Assembly: GCA_965242965.1 (NCBI GenBank)
Contig: OZ251518.1
Coordinates: 3,232,001-3,296,000, forward strand
DNA: 64,000 nucleotides
DNA from: Candidatus Poribacteria bacterium
Lineage (GTDB): Bacteria; Poribacteria; WGA-4E; WGA-3G
Reading direction: 5' to 3'
The notes beneath the pieces were generated by a model that saw only the letters and a program-made list of their open reading frames with translations, made no database searches and had not been told where the DNA came from. The position numbers and the translations under genes were made by a program. Each line of letters opens with the position of its first letter. Positions within the stretch are counted from its first letter, which is position 1. Below, in pieces: positions 47,793 to 56,518 of this stretch.

Positions 47793-48405
47793 ACGTTAAT
47801 GTCACCCTGTCCATCTTCATTAGTGCGCCGCCCTGAATCTGTTCAGGGAGCAGTTCAACCCCGTATCTCTCGTGCAATGCCTGCAGATCCGCGAAGTCTG
47901 TCGCTTTCAACGGGTATCCGGTGTGTGAGCGGACCTGGTAATTAACCGATAGACACCGGACTTTTCTCCCTCCGATAAAACCGACAGCGTTCAACTCCGA
48001 TGCCTCGATAACCCAGTCGATCTCCCCGGGCCCGTATACACCTCCGCCTTCTTCTGTCCGTTTGATGACATGAAAGTCGATTAGGCCATGCGCCCGATGC
48101 CCCATCACGAAGTTTCGGGATTTCCGGTCTTCGGTATAGATGTGAACGAAGCCGCGCGCTAATAGTGCTTCAGTCAGCAGTGCTGAATCTGTCCACGAAA
48201 TCATGATGTCCAGATCTCCGTGGTTACGCGTGCATTTACCGAGCAGGGCATCGATGCCCCATCCTCCGTCAAGCCAGACTTCAATGCCGAGTTCATCGAA
48301 AAGAGCGAGGAACCAGTGAACTCTGTCAACGGACATCAGCCTGGATGCATCCTCAAACACCTGCGATGCGTTGAGGAGGACAGGTTCGTGCAAGTCCTGC
48401 TTCAT
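47791..48405 (-). CDS. Aminoglycoside-2''/lincosamide nucleotidyltransferase-like protein
   Basis: VWLDGGWGIDALLG..RNHGDLDI, IDFH, G.IGGRKVRC. Confidence 0.8.
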   Translation of the reverse strand: MKQDLHEPVLLNASQVFEDASRLMSVDRVHWFLALFDELGIEVWLDGGWGIDALLGKCTRNHGDLDIMISWTDSALLTEALLARGFVHIYTEDRKSRNFVMGHRAHGLIDFHVIKRTEEGGGVYGPGEIDWVIEASELNAVGFIGGRKVRCLSVNYQVRSHTGYPLKATDFADLQALHERYGVELLPEQIQGGALMKMDRVTLT

Positions 48406-48438
48406 TGTCGGTGGCCCTTCGTGGTTAACGCGAGCGGC

Positions 48439-48960
48439 TCATTCCGCTTTCGGTTGATGCTGTTCGATGATTTTCCCGAGTGCCCGCAAAGCCTCGTTAA
48501 CGGCTTTGGCGTTGGGGAACATTCTGGCGACATCGTTGTCAAGTTTCACGAGGATAGTAAAATCGTCGAACCTGTCGGCATATTTGCCGCGGATGCCGTT
48601 GCTGAAGTCATATTCGTCGCGCATGTCCGATTCTTGGTGTTGGGGGGTTGCTTCCTTCATCATAATTTCTCCTGCTTCGTAGTTTTTTCGTTCGTGGGCT
48701 GTTGCTTTTCGGGCAGAAATGATGCGAATAGCATCGTCTCTTTCGGTGTAAACAACGACTAAAAGCCTTTGCTTGTCAGAATAGCCGGCAATTAACCACC
48801 TTTCTTCCTCTTCTGAGTGAAGTAGATCCGAGGTGGTTAAAGACAGTGAATCGGAAAAAACTGTAATTGCTTCCTGAAAGGAAACTTCGTGTCTTCTCAG
48901 ATTTTCCGATGCTTTTCGGTGATCCCATTCAAATATCAGGTTCACATTTTCCCTCTTCAT
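48439..48960 (-). CDS. BrnT toxin fused in-frame to BrnA-like antitoxin (start ATG 48960 or GTG 48945)
   Basis: FEWD..KASENLRRHEVSF.EA..RIISARKAT..ER..YE then MRDEYDFS.G.RGKY..LDNDVA..FP..AVNEALR; internal AGGAG-N5-ATG at 48663. Confidence 0.8.
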   Translation of the reverse strand: MKRENVNLIFEWDHRKASENLRRHEVSFQEAITVFSDSLSLTTSDLLHSEEEERWLIAGYSDKQRLLVVVYTERDDAIRIISARKATAHERKNYEAGEIMMKEATPQHQESDMRDEYDFSNGIRGKYADRFDDFTILVKLDNDVARMFPNAKAVNEALRALGKIIEQHQPKAE

Positions 48961-49029
48961 TCCGCCCAATGTCTGGCGATGGAGTTTGGAATTCTAAAAT
49001 CCACCGTTGAATACGAGGATACATTCTTA

Positions 49030-49059
49030 AGTATACCACAAAAAACGACTCCATGTCAA
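49030..49059 (-). promoter_or_regulatory. sigma70 promoter for brnT fusion operon
   Basis: TTGACA-18-TATACT. Confidence 0.6.
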
Positions 49060-49174
49060 CTAAAAAACGCATATTGATTGTTTTCTCGCTTTTGGGCTTG
49101 ACCTTTTGCTAAATAGATGATACAATCTAGCGTAAGGGGGAGGCATAGAGTCACCAGCGAATAGAAATTAATCT

Positions 49175-49710
49175 GAGGGTGTTTCATAAATCGATGGCTT
49201 CCCGGTAGGCGAGACCTCCCGGTCTTGATGCGTCCCCGTAGGCTCGTCCTCCCGGTCTCAATATTCCCGTAGCGCGGGGGCCTGTCCCCCGCGATCGCCA
49301 TCGGCAAGAGGGCGTTTTAGGTCCTTTAGGTCCTACATGTCTATAGATACACGTGTCAGCCCGTTTTAGGTCCTTTAGGTCCTTCATAAAAAACACGCGG
49401 CCCTGGCAAAACTATTAAGGACCTAAAGGACCTTAGGGCTCTTCGCGTTCGCGCGTGCTATAGACATTAAGGTCCTACGGACCTAAGAGACGTTTTTTAT
49501 CGTAGTGCGGGGGCCTGTCCTCTGCGAGCGTTGGATTGCGCGGACGCTGGCGAGGGAAACCCGCTCGGATGCGCGTGTGGCATCCGAGGGCCCTCGCCCT
49601 ACGATGAAGGGGGGCTTTCTGCCGCCGCTGCCCCGGTAGGCGCGCCGCCCTATTGCATCGAGACCAGGAGGGCTCTCCTACGGGTGTGCATCGATTTAGG
49701 AAACACCCTC
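49175..49710. mobile_element. MITE-like TIR element carrying REP array
   Basis: GAGGGTGTTTCATA..TAGGAAACACCCTC; 9-bp direct repeat AATTAATCT/AACTAATCT (1 mismatch). Confidence 0.8.
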
Positions 49711-49733
49711 AACTAATCTATAAGGAGGCTTGA

Positions 49734-51158
49734 ATGTTAAATCTCAATCTGGATACCAACACTATCAACCGCACCTTGTTTAGGGGAGACAACCTTGAAT
49801 GGATGAGGAGGCTACCCTCCCAGTCGGTGGACATCATCGCTACCGATCCGCCGTTTAATTCCAAGCGCGATTACTTCGTGCCGTTCCGCGACAAACAAGG
49901 CAAAGAACCCGAAACCCTCGTGAAGGCGTTTTCTGACACGTGGAGTTGGGGGATTGCCGCGGAGACTGCTTGTGATGAATTGATTACGGAAGTCGGCGGA
50001 CTTGTAGGAGAAACGATCCTGGGAATGCGGACGTTCCTCAAAGAAACGCCGATGATGGCGTATCTGGTGATGATGGGCATCCGCCTCGTGGAAATGCACC
50101 GCGTCTTGAAGCCCACCGGGAGCATCTATCTGCACTGCGATGCATCTGCTGGCCACTACCTCAAACTGCTTATGGATGCAGTCTTTGGCGTGAAAAACTT
50201 CCGGAATGAGATAGTTTGGTGCTATGATACGCCTGCAAATGTCCGGCGATGGTTTCCAAGAAAAACCGACAACATTCTGTTTTATACGAAAGGTTCGACA
50301 TGGACTTTCAATGTTGACAACGTCAGGACTCCATATAAGCGCGGAAGCAAATTGGATGGTAAGGGCTGGGGAACAAATCCAGCGTATTCAGCAGAAGAGG
50401 TTGCAAAAGGCAAGGTTATGCCCAATTGGTGGGCTGACTGCACTCCCGTGCAGCGTCTGATAACCGAACGCACGGGGTATCCGACGCAGAAGCCGATTAC
50501 ACTCTATGAACGCATACTTAAAGCTTCCAGCAACGAGGGTGACTTGGTTCTTGATCCGTTCTGCGGATGTGGCACCACCGTGATTGCAGCCGAGAACCTC
50601 GGACGGCGATGGATTGGCATTGAGCTCACCTATCTTGCTACTAGTGCTGTCAAATTACAAGTGGAGAAGTTCTATCCGCACATCTGTGATGAGGTGAGGA
50701 TTATTGGTATACCCGAAGACCTTCCGTCTGCAATCCGTCTCGCATCTGAGGATGCGTTTGGCTTTGAGGAGTGGTGCGTGACTCACGTGCTGAATTTCCG
50801 GAGAAATGCGACTCGTGGTGGTGATGGCGGCATCGATGGCGTTCGCAATTTTCCTCTCGGTAAGATTGGTGGGCGGAAATCCTATGGCAAGATGGTTGCC
50901 CAAGTCAAGGGTGGCAATTATACGCTTGGACATGTCCGTGATTTCCGCACGGCGATGGACAACGCGAACGCCGAGTTGGGTGTCTTTGTCGTTGCTAAAC
51001 CGCCGACGCGTGAAATGCAAAAAGAGGCATCCCGTGCGGGGCTATGGAAGCATCCGACGTTGGATTTTGAGTGTCCATGCCTGCAGATATACGAGGTTAA
51101 GGACTACTTCGCGGGGGTTGCGCCAAAAATCCCTCTTAGCGAACGCAGTGTCCTCTAG
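49734..51158 (+). CDS. Beta-class N6-A/N4-C DNA methyltransferase with C-terminal Mrr-like endonuclease domain
   Basis: GDNL, DPPF (motif IV) before YPTQKP and DPFCGCGTT (motif I); C-terminal DGGIDG..AQVK. Confidence 0.85.
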   Translation: MLNLNLDTNTINRTLFRGDNLEWMRRLPSQSVDIIATDPPFNSKRDYFVPFRDKQGKEPETLVKAFSDTWSWGIAAETACDELITEVGGLVGETILGMRTFLKETPMMAYLVMMGIRLVEMHRVLKPTGSIYLHCDASAGHYLKLLMDAVFGVKNFRNEIVWCYDTPANVRRWFPRKTDNILFYTKGSTWTFNVDNVRTPYKRGSKLDGKGWGTNPAYSAEEVAKGKVMPNWWADCTPVQRLITERTGYPTQKPITLYERILKASSNEGDLVLDPFCGCGTTVIAAENLGRRWIGIELTYLATSAVKLQVEKFYPHICDEVRIIGIPEDLPSAIRLASEDAFGFEEWCVTHVLNFRRNATRGGDGGIDGVRNFPLGKIGGRKSYGKMVAQVKGGNYTLGHVRDFRTAMDNANAELGVFVVAKPPTREMQKEASRAGLWKHPTLDFECPCLQIYEVKDYFAGVAPKIPLSERSVL

Positions 51159-51164
51159 CCGTTG

Positions 51165-51210
51165 CAAACCGCCTATTCTCACGATGGGGAGAGGCGGTGC
51201 CTCTTTTTGC
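51165..51210 (+). terminator. Probable terminator between convergent genes
   Basis: ACCGCCT..AGGCGGT hairpin followed by T-rich tract. Confidence 0.5.
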
Positions 51211-51294
51211 GCGCGTCTATACTTTCATAATGGTGTTTTCGCTGTTTGACATAGCCTTTTGCCCCACCTTTTCCATCAATCAGAATGAGGAACC

Positions 51295-53016
51295 TTATTC
51301 CTCTATCGAACGTTCATGGGCAGTGCCAAGGAATGCGTTAAGTTCGTATAGTTTCTCGACTGCGGAGGTGACTGCACCATCCGGATCTGATTTGTTCCAC
51401 TTCAGACCCAGATAAATCAATAGGGTTCTGAGGCATATACTAGTCAACGAACATGCTATTCTCGGGTCCGGCTCTGTAAAACCGAAAATCGGCGTGTAGT
51501 AACGCCCTCTTCGGTTCAGGTGATGTAAATCAATCTCGTACCACTGACCGTGGATGAAATCACTTGGACTTCCGAATCCATACGAGTACATAGGCTCTTG
51601 CCCTAATTCCTTCATAAGGTCCCGAAAGTGTTTTCCATCAACATTCCAAGTTGTGTTATTCATCAACTCAGTTTGGGAAATCCCATCTTTTGTGAGCCGA
51701 GCTACGATCTTCCGCTTCATTCGTTTCTCAATCTGAATCAGTGGCCGTTTTTGGGCCTTAGCCTTCAGGTCTTGAAGAGTCTCTTTGTAAGGTCTATAAG
51801 AGGCTAAAATGAAACTCCGAAAGGTTTGCCGCTTTGCCTTTGAGTTGATGAAGTACTCGATTCGCGTGGCTGTCTCAAATATGGGCCTGGAAAAGAGGGC
51901 AGCCAATTCAAGTTCGTGACGAGAAATGTGATTCTGAGCACCTCCGAGTAATTTCCTGATACGAACCATGTGCCCAACGATTATTGCTCTATGTTTGGTG
52001 TATCCCTTGTTGCCCATTTCCTCGTACGGAGTCGGATCAACACCCACTCTAAGCAAGTACAGGGACCAATTCATAATCTCAACTGCAAAAGTCATAAAAT
52101 CATAATTCGTTTTACAATCAGAGACTCGCGACAAATTGGCATCAATCCAAATTTCAATCTCGGTAAGTTTCTGGTTGATGTTATCCCTATTTTCCTTTGC
52201 CGTTAAGTGAGGAGACGTGCTGATGTGACAAGATTGGAAAAATTCCAACAGGCGATTCTTCGTCTCCGGCAGAGTCAACTCCACAGATCCCATCAGCGCA
52301 TGATGAATTTTGTCAAAATCCTCACGGGTCCAACCGGCAGAGTGCAACGCGGTGAGCCACTGAGTAAAGATACTGTCGCTTCCATAGTTAAGGGGCGTGC
52401 TAACCATCTCTACCGGTAACCGCACCCGCAACGATTCTATAATCCATCTCAACAAGAATTTGATGAACGAGTCGAAGCGATAGCGAGGAAGATAAGGGGC
52501 ATTGGCAGCAGCCTCATCTGCGTCCTCTACGAACATTGAGATCAGTTCCTGATCTTGTTCATCGACCTCGGGTGGTACCAGGGTGAAAAGGGTGTCCAAA
52601 CGGTTTGCTGGCTGACCAGGAGCGTGCCAACGCCCATCTGGCCCCCTGGTAAAAAGGAGATCTGAAACAATTGGGGTTTCCTTGTTGGCACTCCGTTCAA
52701 CAAGGAAACCTGTGCGGGGATCCGCCCAATCTGTCCTCACACAAAAAGCCAAAAATGGGTATTGGCAATCAGCACAAGGAATTAAATCCCGTTCCCCCTC
52801 GCGCTCTTCATCACTTCCAAGGTAAACCAGGTCCAGCAAAAAGTCCATCACATGAGTTGCCCAATCTAACCGATTGAGGAATGGCGTTGCGGGATCACAG
52901 CCAAGATAGTCGGAGTGAATAACAAAGGCCGTTAGAACTCCCTTTTGCCTCTGTTCTTCATCACCTATGTGTTCCGCTTTTTCTCGTGATGGGTGTTGCT
53001 GTTTCGTATCTTTCAT
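51295..53016 (-). CDS. Hypothetical protein with C-terminal DUF5677-like (HEPN-like) region
   Basis: Lower GC; SRPIFE..Y...SDFIHG pattern; own promoter TTGACT-17-TATAAT near 53130-53155. Confidence 0.55.
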   Translation of the reverse strand: MKDTKQQHPSREKAEHIGDEEQRQKGVLTAFVIHSDYLGCDPATPFLNRLDWATHVMDFLLDLVYLGSDEEREGERDLIPCADCQYPFLAFCVRTDWADPRTGFLVERSANKETPIVSDLLFTRGPDGRWHAPGQPANRLDTLFTLVPPEVDEQDQELISMFVEDADEAAANAPYLPRYRFDSFIKFLLRWIIESLRVRLPVEMVSTPLNYGSDSIFTQWLTALHSAGWTREDFDKIHHALMGSVELTLPETKNRLLEFFQSCHISTSPHLTAKENRDNINQKLTEIEIWIDANLSRVSDCKTNYDFMTFAVEIMNWSLYLLRVGVDPTPYEEMGNKGYTKHRAIIVGHMVRIRKLLGGAQNHISRHELELAALFSRPIFETATRIEYFINSKAKRQTFRSFILASYRPYKETLQDLKAKAQKRPLIQIEKRMKRKIVARLTKDGISQTELMNNTTWNVDGKHFRDLMKELGQEPMYSYGFGSPSDFIHGQWYEIDLHHLNRRGRYYTPIFGFTEPDPRIACSLTSICLRTLLIYLGLKWNKSDPDGAVTSAVEKLYELNAFLGTAHERSIEE

Positions 53017-53171
53017 CGTTCGCCTCGCACAAGTCTACCAAGTTCGTCGTTCTTCGCGCACCATAACGACCTGTAATGCGCCGAACATCGCGCCGACACA
53101 TCAACCGATCGAATCGTTAGTGTTAATTATACCCTATTTCCAAGCGAAAGTCAAATTGATTTTCACTCCCC

Positions 53172-53912
53172 CTAAATCACCCGCAACTCCACCTGAACCT
53201 CAACCCCACGCGTCAACGTATTCGTCACAGGCGAAGCGGCTAATGTCTCCTCCCAAAGCGTTGCTAATACTTCATCATCAGCATCGGAAGAGACGTAGAG
53301 GGTGCCACGAATCTCTTTGAAACCACTATGTCCATCACTCTCTGTCCCCAAGAAGACGAAGATATTATCGATCTGGCCGCTGAGCGAGATTTCAAGTTCG
53401 TCGATTTCTATCTGCTGCTGCGAAGCACGGATCTGGAAGCCCATCGCAAGGCAAGAACCGAGCGCGCCGAGGACATATTCCACTGCACTCGGCGCATCGT
53501 CGCGGACATCGAAACTGGCTGGTTGTCCCACCGCCCAAGAGTGATTTCGACAGAAGACTTTCGTCTGCATGCCGCCATCCCAGTGGATGCGCGTCTGCCA
53601 TCGGTAATCGCGCGCTTGTTCATAAGCGAGTTCGGCATCTTGTTCGGCTTCGCCTCTGCGCACAAAGTATTTGTTATGTTCGGTGTCCGGTCTCCACCCC
53701 AGATAAGGGTTTTCTGTCATGCGACACCATGCAGGCAGGTCCTCCTTGACGCTAATCTCGGTGCTGCGAATTTCTAGGACTTCGCCATCTGGCACCATTT
53801 CCATTGATTTTCGGATGAGGAGAAGAAGTCCAGAACCGCAGTCAAGGTTGCCGCCTTCGCAGATGTGGGGTGTTTGGAGGGTATCGGGTGCTTGTAAGTC
53901 TTCTTGGCGCAT
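53172..53912 (-). CDS. TusA-OsmC fusion protein
   Basis: GGNLDCGSGLLL..EDLPAWC TusA-like; PSAVEYVLGALGSCL..ASPVTNTL OsmC-like. Confidence 0.85.
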   Translation of the reverse strand: MRQEDLQAPDTLQTPHICEGGNLDCGSGLLLLIRKSMEMVPDGEVLEIRSTEISVKEDLPAWCRMTENPYLGWRPDTEHNKYFVRRGEAEQDAELAYEQARDYRWQTRIHWDGGMQTKVFCRNHSWAVGQPASFDVRDDAPSAVEYVLGALGSCLAMGFQIRASQQQIEIDELEISLSGQIDNIFVFLGTESDGHSGFKEIRGTLYVSSDADDEVLATLWEETLAASPVTNTLTRGVEVQVELRVI

Positions 53913-54084
53913 TGTTTTTCGTTTGTTTCCTTGGGGGAATTCACCATTGTAGTTCGGCATCGCCTGATTCCGAATCTGACAAAGAATTGAGAATCCCTCC
54001 TATGCGCAGTTTCCGCGCGAATAGCCGGAACGTGTTCTGCCACAGGAGGGATACGTCGCGAGCCCAGCTCGCGCCGAGTCGAGT

Positions 54085-54444
54085 TCAATAGGTGATACAG
54101 GAACCACCCGTAGTCAGGAACTCAACGGCTTTCGCGCCGCCGACGATTGTGGCGGCTTCGACGAGGTTGTCCTCATCTAAATCGCGCTTCTTGAAGCACG
54201 GGGAGCACACCCAGATTATTCCGCCGAATTCGGCGAAATCCGCCATGAGTTGTTTCAACGGCGCGAAGCCGTCTTCGTGGATGTCATCGGCGTAACCGTT
54301 CTGTGAAAGATGCACGCCTTCCGTGCTGAGGAACACCACCGTCTCCACGCCGGATGCGACGGAAGCGTTGGCGACGACAAACCCAACCGTGGCTTTGTCG
54401 GTGTTATCCTTCGCGTGCGTAATGCTGAGCATCAGCTTTGCCAT
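54085..54444 (-). CDS. DsrE/DsrF-like sulfur-relay/peroxiredoxin family protein
   Basis: VFLSTEGV, IWVCSPCFKKR, IVGGA; TAATG overlap with upstream gene. Confidence 0.85.
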   Translation of the reverse strand: MAKLMLSITHAKDNTDKATVGFVVANASVASGVETVVFLSTEGVHLSQNGYADDIHEDGFAPLKQLMADFAEFGGIIWVCSPCFKKRDLDEDNLVEAATIVGGAKAVEFLTTGGSCITY

Positions 54445-54695
54445 TAGGAATTCTCTCCTTTCTTGATGTAAAAATAGGCGTTGTCTTCCCCGCAGCAATC
54501 GGCGAGGAGTTCGTTGCCTTTCATGTTGCACCATGCCGCGATGTCCACGGGCGCGCCCGGGTCCATCGCGCGGATCTGGGCTATCTGTCCCGGTTCAAGC
54601 GGCAGCATCGCCTTCAGCAACGCGATAATCAGGTCACCGCAGCCGAGTTCGCCTAAATCGTGGACAGCATCTGGCAGGATATCAGGTAAATCCAT
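54444..54695 (-). CDS. TusA family sulfur carrier
   Basis: DLGELGCGDL, DPGAPVDIAAWC..GNEL, FYIKK. Confidence 0.85.
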   Translation of the reverse strand: MDLPDILPDAVHDLGELGCGDLIIALLKAMLPLEPGQIAQIRAMDPGAPVDIAAWCNMKGNELLADCCGEDNAYFYIKKGENS

Positions 54696-54740
54696 AGTGA
54701 ATCTCCCATTTTTCTCTGCGAGAATTGTTTTCAAAAATTA

Positions 54741-54769
54741 AGTTTACCATAAGAGTGGTTTAAAGTCAA
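54741..54769 (-). promoter_or_regulatory. sigma70 promoter for tusA-dsrE-osmC
   Basis: TTGACT-17-TAAACT with TG extension. Confidence 0.55.
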
Positions 54770-54788
54770 GCAAAAATCGTGTTAAACT

Positions 54789-56182
54789 GAGGCTGTTTCA
54801 TAAATCTGTGTAGGAGCCCTCCCGCGTTTCGATGCGTTTTGTTGGTGTGCGTATCGGGACAAGGATGTCCCTCCTACCCGGAACGATGCACCCCGGTAGG
54901 AGAGCCCTCCCGGTCTCGATGCAATAGGGCGGCAGAAAGCCCCACGGCCCGTAGCGCGGGGGCCTGTCCCCCGCGATCGGTGCATGGCGAGGGACAGGCC
55001 CTCGCCCTACGGTGAGAAGGGGCCGTTCTTATCCCGTAGCGCGGGGGCCTGTCCCCCGCGATCTCTCCTCCGAAACGAGAAACGTCCGCAGCCCGGAGGC
55101 CATAGACGTTTGCTGTCACGATCGCTGCATGGCGAGGGACAGGCCCTCGCCCTACGTGCCATGCGGCGATTGTCTATTTCTTACCGTAGCGCGGGGGCCT
55201 GTCCCCCGCGATCGATGCATGGCGAGGGGAACCCGCTCGCATGCGCGTGTGGCATCCGAGGGCCCAAGCCCTACGGGGAAAGGGGACGTTCTGAGTCCCG
55301 TAGCGCGGGGGCCTGTCCCCCGCGATCTTAATTGTCTGAAGCAGGATTCACAAGATTTACAAGATTTACAGGATTATCTCCCGCGCAATGAGCATTCTTT
55401 TTGCAATGGATGCCTCTTCAGGTCCTTTAGGTCCTGCATGTCTATAGAAAAACAGACATGCCACTGTTTTCAAGGTCCTTTAGGTCCTTAATGGAAATGG
55501 CAGCCAAGCGAGTCAAGGCACATTAAGGTCCTACAGACCTTAGGGTGCGCTGCGATGCAGGATGCTATAGACATTAAGGTCTGACAGACCTTAAACCCCG
55601 AGCGGAAACGCCCCTGTTTTCGTAGCGCGGGGGCCTGTCCTCCGCGATCTCTCCGCCGAAACGAAAAACGTCGCGGGAAACGTAGCGCGGGGGCCTGTCC
55701 CCCGCGATCTGCCGACCGAAACGAGAAACGTCCGCAGCCCAGAGGCCATAGACGTTTGCTGTCACGATCGATGCATGGCGAGGGACAGGCCCTCGCCCTA
55801 CGGTGCAAGGGGACGTTCTGAGTCCCGTAGCGCGGGGGCCTGTCCCCCGCGAAGCCTCTTGTCGTCTGAAGCAGGATTTACAAGATTTATAGGATTTGCA
55901 GGATTATCTCCCGCGCAACGAGCATGCTTTTTCTAATGGATGCCTCTTCAGGTTCTTTAGGTCCTGCATGACTATAGAAAAACGGACCTACTACATTCCT
56001 AAGGTCCGCTAGGACTTTAATGGAAATGGCAGCCGAGCGAGTCAAGGCACATTAAGGACCTAAAGGACCTTAGGTTCATCGTGTCGCAAGGAGCTATAGA
56101 CATTAAGGACCTAAAGGACCTTAGGCACGGTGAGGGAAACCCGCTCGCATGCGCGTGTGGCATGCGAGGGCCCTCGCCCTAC
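54789..56182. repeat. 1.4-kb repeat field: orphan TIR-like left end, REPINs and two copies of the left module (55318-55612, 55864-56122)
   Basis: GAGGCTGTTTCATA at 54789; REPIN units; modules homologous to 23568-23863. Confidence 0.85.
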
Positions 56183-56457
56183 GGTAATATCGATATGTCG
56201 GGGATGTCGGACGGGGACGCAGGGGTGGTTAAGGTGGGCTTTCTAATCGTTCTCGGATTTTTTTTGCCGCATTCTATGAACTTGTCTGACCTGTAGATTA
56301 ATTCATCAAAGGAAATTTTCCCGGCTTGGTATTCTTCGTTGTCCTTTTTCCAGTGCGCGATGATTTGACCTGCAGGTGGGCACGTTGAGTGGAAGAGGTT
56401 ATACGCGATGAGGGCGAGGATTGCGCCGATGAGGAGGATGCGGGTAAGTCTTTTCAT
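56179..56457 (-). CDS. Small hypothetical membrane-anchored/secreted protein
   Basis: MKRLTRILLIGAILALIAY N-terminus, two Cys; C-terminus runs into a REP. Confidence 0.5.
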   Translation of the reverse strand: MKRLTRILLIGAILALIAYNLFHSTCPPAGQIIAHWKKDNEEYQAGKISFDELIYRSDKFIECGKKNPRTIRKPTLTTPASPSDIPDISILP

Positions 56458-56463
56458 GCGGAT

Positions 56464-56500
56464 AAAAAAAGGACCCGGCCGCGCCGTGCCGCGGCCGGGG
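56464..56500 (-). terminator. Intrinsic terminator after the FGE-sulfatase gene
   Basis: CCCGGCCGCG-loop-CGCGGCCGGG then TCCTTTTTTT on the minus strand. Confidence 0.7.
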
Positions 56501-56518
56501 TAGTTGAACGGTTAAGAG

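Noticed and set aside
54050-54090. Selenocysteine read-through at the dsrE TGA followed by a hairpin
   Set aside because: TGA falls at the normal DsrE C-terminus, not at a catalytic Cys position
54950-55850. CRISPR array interpretation of regularly spaced palindromic repeats (also 61942-62445, 517-685)
   Set aside because: Repeats alternate orientation, spacers are themselves repeated, and no cas genes are present
54782-56296. Numerous ORFs with RARACPSP / VARGPVPR / RGTGPRAT / GDRPPRY peptides here and in other intergenic regions
   Set aside because: Translations of REP repeats in different frames; not genes
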